64,000 nt of DNA from positions 992,001 through 1,056,000 of the forward strand of contig CAXXMU010000001.1 of assembly GCA_963667785.2 (NCBI GenBank), written 5' to 3'. The translations under genes and the position numbers were made by a program. Positions 59,353 through 64,000 of this stretch are shown piece by piece. Position 1 is the stretch's first letter. Each line of letters starts with the position of its first letter. Source of the stretch: Alphaproteobacteria bacterium. GTDB taxonomy: Bacteria; Pseudomonadota; Alphaproteobacteria; UBA828. A model generated the notes under the pieces. It saw only the letters and a program-made list of their open reading frames with translations. It had not been told where the DNA came from and did no database searches.

Positions 59353-59385
59353 GGGCGCGGCTCGTCCGAAGGAACGGGGAGAGGC

Positions 59386-59889
59386 ATGAATTCAGTTGGG
59401 AAGATCACGGTGGCGCTCGCCGCCGCGGCAGGAATCACGTGCGCGGCCCATGGCGCCGCTGCCGAGGAGAGCGGCACCGTCCGGTTCATCCGGACCTACG
59501 TTCAGGACTACACGACCATCGACTACGGCAGCGGCAGCGCCACCGGCGGCACCCTGGAAGGCGTCGTCACCATCCTCGAGAGCAGCGGCGGGCCGTTCGT
59601 CGCAGGAACGCGCCATCGCGTGACCTGCGTCGTCTACATCAGGCGCTCCGATGCCGCCATCGACCTGGAGGCGCCCTGCGAGACGACCGCTCCGTCGGGC
59701 GAGACGTGGTTCACGATGTCGAGGCGGAGCGAGGGCGACATCGAGACGGGCGGCGGCGGCCCGGGCACCCTGGAGATCCTTGGCGGTACGGGCGTCTACG
59801 AGGGCGTCGGCGGGAGCTGCACCTATGGCGTCGACTACCTGCCGGACGGCTGGGTCTCCATGATCGCGGACTGCACCTGGCGGAAGTAA
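59386..59889 (+). CDS. Small secreted beta-rich protein, paralog of 10238..10744
   Basis: Signal peptide; DYTTID, SSGG, TCVVY, LGGTG, ADCTW shared with the paralog. Confidence 0.82.
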   Translation: MNSVGKITVALAAAAGITCAAHGAAAEESGTVRFIRTYVQDYTTIDYGSGSATGGTLEGVVTILESSGGPFVAGTRHRVTCVVYIRRSDAAIDLEAPCETTAPSGETWFTMSRRSEGDIETGGGGPGTLEILGGTGVYEGVGGSCTYGVDYLPDGWVSMIADCTWRK

Positions 59890-59941
59890 GCGGGCTTCGG
59901 GCGGCCGAGGGCCGGGCGGCAGCGCCCTTCACCTCCCCGGC

Positions 59942-60355
59942 TCAGACCGTTCGCGGGGCGCCCACCCAGGCATAGATCTCCCAGAGGTTGTCGTCCGGAT
60001 CGCTGAAGTATGTGGTGCGCGCGTTCCAGGGATGCGTGGTCGGCGGCTGGACGATGCGCACGCCCTTGCTAGCCAGCTCGTCGTGGAGCGCATCGACGGC
60101 GTCCGCCGTCTCGACGCGGACCGCGACCATCGCGCTCAAGCCCTGGCGGGGCGTCTCGGCGAGCGCGAGCGCCTCGGTCACGTCGGAGACCTCCCAGAGC
60201 GCGAGCCCCACGCCGTTGGTGTGGAACTCGGCGAAGCCGAAGTCGTGGCGCTTGAGCTCGAAGCCGAGCGTCTCGCCGTAGAAGGCCATGGCGCGCTCAA
60301 GGTCGGCGACGAAGAGGCCGATGTCGGTCAGGTTGCGCAGGGGTTCGAGGCTCAT
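59942..60355 (-). CDS. VOC (glyoxalase/bleomycin resistance) family protein
   Basis: VADLERAMAFY..LGF; PW..RTTYFSDPDDNLWEI. Confidence 0.9.
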   Translation of the reverse strand: MSLEPLRNLTDIGLFVADLERAMAFYGETLGFELKRHDFGFAEFHTNGVGLALWEVSDVTEALALAETPRQGLSAMVAVRVETADAVDALHDELASKGVRIVQPPTTHPWNARTTYFSDPDDNLWEIYAWVGAPRTV

Positions 60356-60408
60356 GGGCGCCCTCCGGCCGCCCGATCACGGGTCGCGATCGGGGTGAGA
60401 AATCGGGG

Positions 60409-60924
60409 CTAGCGCTCGCCGATGGGAGCGTGGCGGCTGCGCTCCTCCTGCATGGCGGGAGTCTTCTCGATGAGCGCGGCCCACTCCGCGAGCAGAGCGC
60501 TCCCCTCCGCGCCGAGCACGCGCTCGGCCGGCGTGGTCCGCTCGTGGATCGGCTTGCCGACGTCGATTCGCAGCGGCTCGAAGTCCGAGCCATGTCCGCG
60601 GCAGTCCTCCAGCGAAGCCCCGTAATAGACCTTGGCGATGTTGGTCAGCCAGATCGCGCTGGAGCAGAGCGAGCAGGGCTCGCAGCTCGTGTAGAGCTCG
60701 CAGCCCGTGAGGTCCATCGTGCCGAGCCGCTTGCAGGCGTCGCGGATCGCCACGATCTCGCCATGGCCGGTGGGGTCGAGGGAGAAGCCCATGTCGTTGC
60801 ACCCCTCGCCCACCACCTCGCCGTCCCTGACGATGAGGCAGCCGTAGGGCCAGTAGCCGGTGCCCTCGAGCATCTTCTCGCGCCCGAGGTCGATCGCCCG
60901 CTTCATGTAGTCCGTCTTGTCCAT
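60409..60924 (-). CDS. Zinc-dependent nucleobase/nucleoside deaminase (CDA fold)
   Basis: DPTGHGEI, YTSCEPCSLC. Confidence 0.9.
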   Translation of the reverse strand: MDKTDYMKRAIDLGREKMLEGTGYWPYGCLIVRDGEVVGEGCNDMGFSLDPTGHGEIVAIRDACKRLGTMDLTGCELYTSCEPCSLCSSAIWLTNIAKVYYGASLEDCRGHGSDFEPLRIDVGKPIHERTTPAERVLGAEGSALLAEWAALIEKTPAMQEERSRHAPIGER

Positions 60925-60956
60925 CGCGGTTTCCTTCCGTGAGTCGTGGCGTGCCG

Positions 60957-61775
60957 TCACGTCGCGCGGCGTCGCATGAAGAGCGGAATGATGAGCAGCT
61001 CGGCGCCGAGCAGGGTCAGCAGCAGCAGGCCGAAGACGATCGTCCCGATCGCGTTGAGCGAGGTATCGTGCGAGGCGATCATCACGCTGTAGACGGCGAC
61101 CGGCAGCGTCTGGTCGAAGCCCGAGACGAACCAGGCGATGATGAACTCGTCGAACGAGAAGGTGAACGCCAGCAGCCAGCCGCCGACGATGCCCGGCAGC
61201 GCCCAGGGCAGCACGACGCGCCAGACCGTCTGCAGCTCGTTCGCGCCGAGATCCCAGGCGGCCTCCTCAAGCGTCGGCGGCATCTGCGCCAGCCTGAGCT
61301 GGATGATCGCCATCGCGGGCGCCGTCAGCAGCAGCGTGTGCGCGAGGATGATGCTGTAGAGCTCGCCGTGCAGGCCGAGGCGGGAGAGCAGGCCCAGCAT
61401 CGAGACGCCCAGAATCAGCGGCGGGATCAGGATCGGCAGGATTAGGATCGTTGCCGTCAGGATGCGGCCGGGAAAGACGAAGCGGTTGAGCGCGTAAGCC
61501 GCGAGGAAGCCGATGATCGAGGCGCACGTCGCCGCGACCGGCGAGACGTAGAGGCTGTTCAGCAGCGCGTCGAAGAGGACCCCGTCGTCTATCAGCTTGT
61601 CGTACCACTTGAGGGACCAGCCCTGCAGCGGCAGCGAGGAGTAGACGTTCTCCTGGAACGAGAAGAGGACCAGGAAGGCGATCGGCAGCAGCAGGAAGAT
61701 GAAGCCGAGGAAGAGATAGACCCTGCCCGCGATGCGATAGCCGTTCTCGCGCAGATAAACGTTGACCCGGCCCAT
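60957..61775 (-). CDS. Pot-type ABC permease (PotC-like)
   Basis: LEEAAWDLGA, FTFSFDEF, TLPV. Confidence 0.92.
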   Translation of the reverse strand: MGRVNVYLRENGYRIAGRVYLFLGFIFLLLPIAFLVLFSFQENVYSSLPLQGWSLKWYDKLIDDGVLFDALLNSLYVSPVAATCASIIGFLAAYALNRFVFPGRILTATILILPILIPPLILGVSMLGLLSRLGLHGELYSIILAHTLLLTAPAMAIIQLRLAQMPPTLEEAAWDLGANELQTVWRVVLPWALPGIVGGWLLAFTFSFDEFIIAWFVSGFDQTLPVAVYSVMIASHDTSLNAIGTIVFGLLLLTLLGAELLIIPLFMRRRAT

Positions 61776-61777
61776 GG

Positions 61778-62686
61778 TCAGCCCTGCCGCTGCCTGGCCC
61801 GGTCGGCCATGCGGTAGGCCACCACCAGCATCACCACCATGATGACCACCATGATCGTCGCCATTGCGGCGGTGCGGGGCAGGTTGGTGTAGCTGTTGTA
61901 GTCGGCCATGACCATGTTGGAGTAGAGCGGGTAGGAGCCGAGCCAGGACTGGCCGACGCCGCCGCCGACCAGGAGCCCCGACAGCACGTCGCCGAAGCTG
62001 ACGATCACGCCGAAGCCGAAGGCGAAGACCAGGCCCAGCCGGCTGAGCGGCACGATGACCCGCCAGAACGCCTGCAGGCGCGTGGCGCCCAGCTCGCGCG
62101 CCGCCTCGATCAGGTTCCGGTTCACGTTGATGAGCGTGACGTAGAGGATGATGATCAGGATCGGCGAGAGGTAGTGGATGAGGCCGATGCGCGTGCCGAT
62201 CTGCGTGTTGGTGATGATCAGCGGATCGTCGAGGCCGAGCTCGCCGAGGACGTAGTTGAGCACCCCCTTCTGCGCCAGGATCAGCTGCCAGGCGAAGAGC
62301 CTGAGGATGTAGCTGCTCCAGAAGGGCAGGATCGCCAGCACGAGGAAGAGCCGCTGGTAGCGCTCGGGGATACAGAAGACGATCCCCATCGCCAGGAGGT
62401 AGCAGAAGATCACGGCGAAGACGCTGGTGGTCACCGCGACGTAGATCGACTGGATCAGCGCCCAGCCGAAACGCGAGCGGCTGAAGAACTGGGAGAAGAT
62501 GTCGACGTAGTTGCCGACCGAGAACTCGGCGACGATCTGATAGTCGCGGACGATCCAGAAGCCGAGCACGATCAGGAACGCCAGCGGCGCGATGAAGAAG
62601 ATCAGGTAGTAGCCGATCGGCGGCGCCAGGAAGGCAGGCTTGAGCAGGCTCCTGTTTGAAGGGGGGATGACGCTGTCGTCGGTCAC
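61778..62686 (-). CDS. Pot-type ABC permease (PotB-like)
   Basis: LPFWSSYILR, LIEAARELGA, IVPLS. Confidence 0.92.
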   Translation of the reverse strand: MTDDSVIPPSNRSLLKPAFLAPPIGYYLIFFIAPLAFLIVLGFWIVRDYQIVAEFSVGNYVDIFSQFFSRSRFGWALIQSIYVAVTTSVFAVIFCYLLAMGIVFCIPERYQRLFLVLAILPFWSSYILRLFAWQLILAQKGVLNYVLGELGLDDPLIITNTQIGTRIGLIHYLSPILIIILYVTLINVNRNLIEAARELGATRLQAFWRVIVPLSRLGLVFAFGFGVIVSFGDVLSGLLVGGGVGQSWLGSYPLYSNMVMADYNSYTNLPRTAAMATIMVVIMVVMLVVAYRMADRARQRQG

Positions 62687-62725
62687 GGGGTCCCCGTCCT
62701 CAGCCGGGCGTCGAGCGCGCCGTTC

Positions 62726-63859
62726 TCACGGCAGGCCGGCGTCCCGGTGCCCGAGGATGACGGTGTCCTCCGGCGCCCAGCAGAGCTCCATCTCGGTATT
62801 GATCTCGGTCCCCTCGCCCTCGGTGAAGGGTTCCTGCAGGACCATCTTGACCTCGACGCCCTGGGCGGTTTCCAGGTAGTAGATCACCTGCGAGCCGGTG
62901 AACTCGCGCCCCTTCAGGACCGCCCGAATCGTGTTCTGGCCGCCCTCGCCGTCCTGGCGGCGTCGCAGCTTGTCCGCCTGCACCACGAGCTCGACCGCGG
63001 CACCTCTTTCGATCTCGTTCCGGTGCCCGGCGATGCGGACCGCGCCGTGGCTGCACTCGACGACGACCGTTCCCTCCGCCGTCTCCGCGACCCGGCCCTC
63101 GAAGATGTTGTTGGCGCCCACGAACTCGGCGACGAAGTGGCTGGCCGGGCGGTTGTAGATCTCGGCCGGCCGGCCGACCTGCTCCACCACCCCCTTGTTC
63201 ATCACCACCACCCGGTCCGCCATCGCAAACGCCTCGCTCTGGTTGTGGGTGACGTAGATGAAGGAGATGCCGAGTTCCCTCTGCAGCACCGTGAGCTCGC
63301 TCTGCACCTTGATCCGCAGGTGCGCGTCGAGCGAGCTGAGCGGCTCGTCGAGGAGCAGGATCTCCGGCTCGGTGACCAGCGCCCGGGCGATGGCGACCCG
63401 CTGCTTCTCGCCGCCGCTGAGCTGGCCGATGCGGCGCGAGAGCAGATGGCCCAGGTGAACCTGCTCCGCCACGGCCTCCACCTTGCTGCGCACCGCCTTC
63501 TTGTCGTGGCGCTTGAGCGTCAGCCCGAACTCGATGTTCTTGCGCACGTTGAGGAAGGGGAAGAGCGAGTAGTCCTGCCAGATCAGCCGGGTGCTGCGCT
63601 TGTGCACCGGCACGTCGCTGATGTCGTCCCCGCGCAGCAGCAGCGTGCCTTCGTCCGCTCTCTCGAGCCCGGCGATGATCCGGAGCAGCGTCGTCTTGCC
63701 GCAGCCGCTCGGCCCCATGACGGCGACGAACTCGCCGCGCTGGACGTCGATGTCGACCCGCTCGATGGCGACCACCGGGCCGAAGCGCTTGGCGATTCCG
63801 CGCACCTCCAGGTCGGCGACCGTGCCTCCCCCTAGCGCGCTCTCGCTCTCATGCACCAT
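62726..63859 (-). CDS. Pot-type ABC ATPase (PotA-like)
   Basis: GPSGCGKTT, LSGGEKQR, LLDEP, VTHNQ. Confidence 0.94.
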   Translation of the reverse strand: MVHESESALGGGTVADLEVRGIAKRFGPVVAIERVDIDVQRGEFVAVMGPSGCGKTTLLRIIAGLERADEGTLLLRGDDISDVPVHKRSTRLIWQDYSLFPFLNVRKNIEFGLTLKRHDKKAVRSKVEAVAEQVHLGHLLSRRIGQLSGGEKQRVAIARALVTEPEILLLDEPLSSLDAHLRIKVQSELTVLQRELGISFIYVTHNQSEAFAMADRVVVMNKGVVEQVGRPAEIYNRPASHFVAEFVGANNIFEGRVAETAEGTVVVECSHGAVRIAGHRNEIERGAAVELVVQADKLRRRQDGEGGQNTIRAVLKGREFTGSQVIYYLETAQGVEVKMVLQEPFTEGEGTEINTEMELCWAPEDTVILGHRDAGLP

Positions 63860-63960
63860 CGTCGGCCAGGCTTGCGAAAATCAGGCGTGAAACGAAGAGA
63901 GGAGGGGGCGGCGCCCCGACACGCCGCGGCACCGCCACCTCGCTGCCTGCCGGGCCGCGG

Positions 63961-64000
63961 CTAACCCGTCTTGAACTCGTTGAAGATGTCGATCCAGGCC
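63961..64000 (-). CDS. C-terminus of a probable PotD-like binding protein (partial)
   Basis: AWIDIFNEFKTG* immediately upstream of the ATPase; only 12 residues visible. Confidence 0.55.
   Translation of the reverse strand, partial: AWIDIFNEFKTG

Overview
High-GC (~70% by eye) bacterial DNA, most consistent with an alphaproteobacterium (phaR, Rhodospirillales/Rhizobiales-like enzyme repertoire). The lineage is an inference. The window has two parts. (1) Bases 1 to ~17.6 kb form an accessory surface-protein island that ends in two tandem, intact tyrosine integrases with an IHF-consensus site at the border. It holds a large multidomain adhesin that the ORF track missed because it runs off the left edge, a broken autotransporter, TbpB-like lipoproteins, a PAS-LuxR regulator and decayed duplicates of these modules. 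A 7-2-7 palindrome, CCTTCAA-NN-TTGAAGG, recurs 4 times plus one degenerate copy. The four clear copies each lie 23-24 bp upstream of a TA-starting -10-like hexamer, pointing to an autoregulated LuxR-type surface-protein regulon. A perfect (GAGCC)23 tract in the adhesin operon leader suggests phase variation on top of that. (2) Bases ~17.9-64 kb are a catabolic region. It includes tandem MHPCO-like flavin oxygenases with a peptide-type ABC importer and an hmfABCDE-like furoyl-CoA operon. That operon is preceded by a dienelactone hydrolase-SnoaL fusion and followed directly by larC-larE-larB (nickel-pincer cofactor; no larA in the window) and gloA. There are also two hydantoinase/oxoprolinase systems, one with a small Cys-rich partner, plus phaR and a Pot-type ABC importer with a deaminase. 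Four type II toxin-antitoxin pairs sit within 13.4 kb, one of them antisense inside the hmf operon. No rRNA, complete tRNA or CRISPR array was seen. All family calls come from reading motifs, not from database searches.
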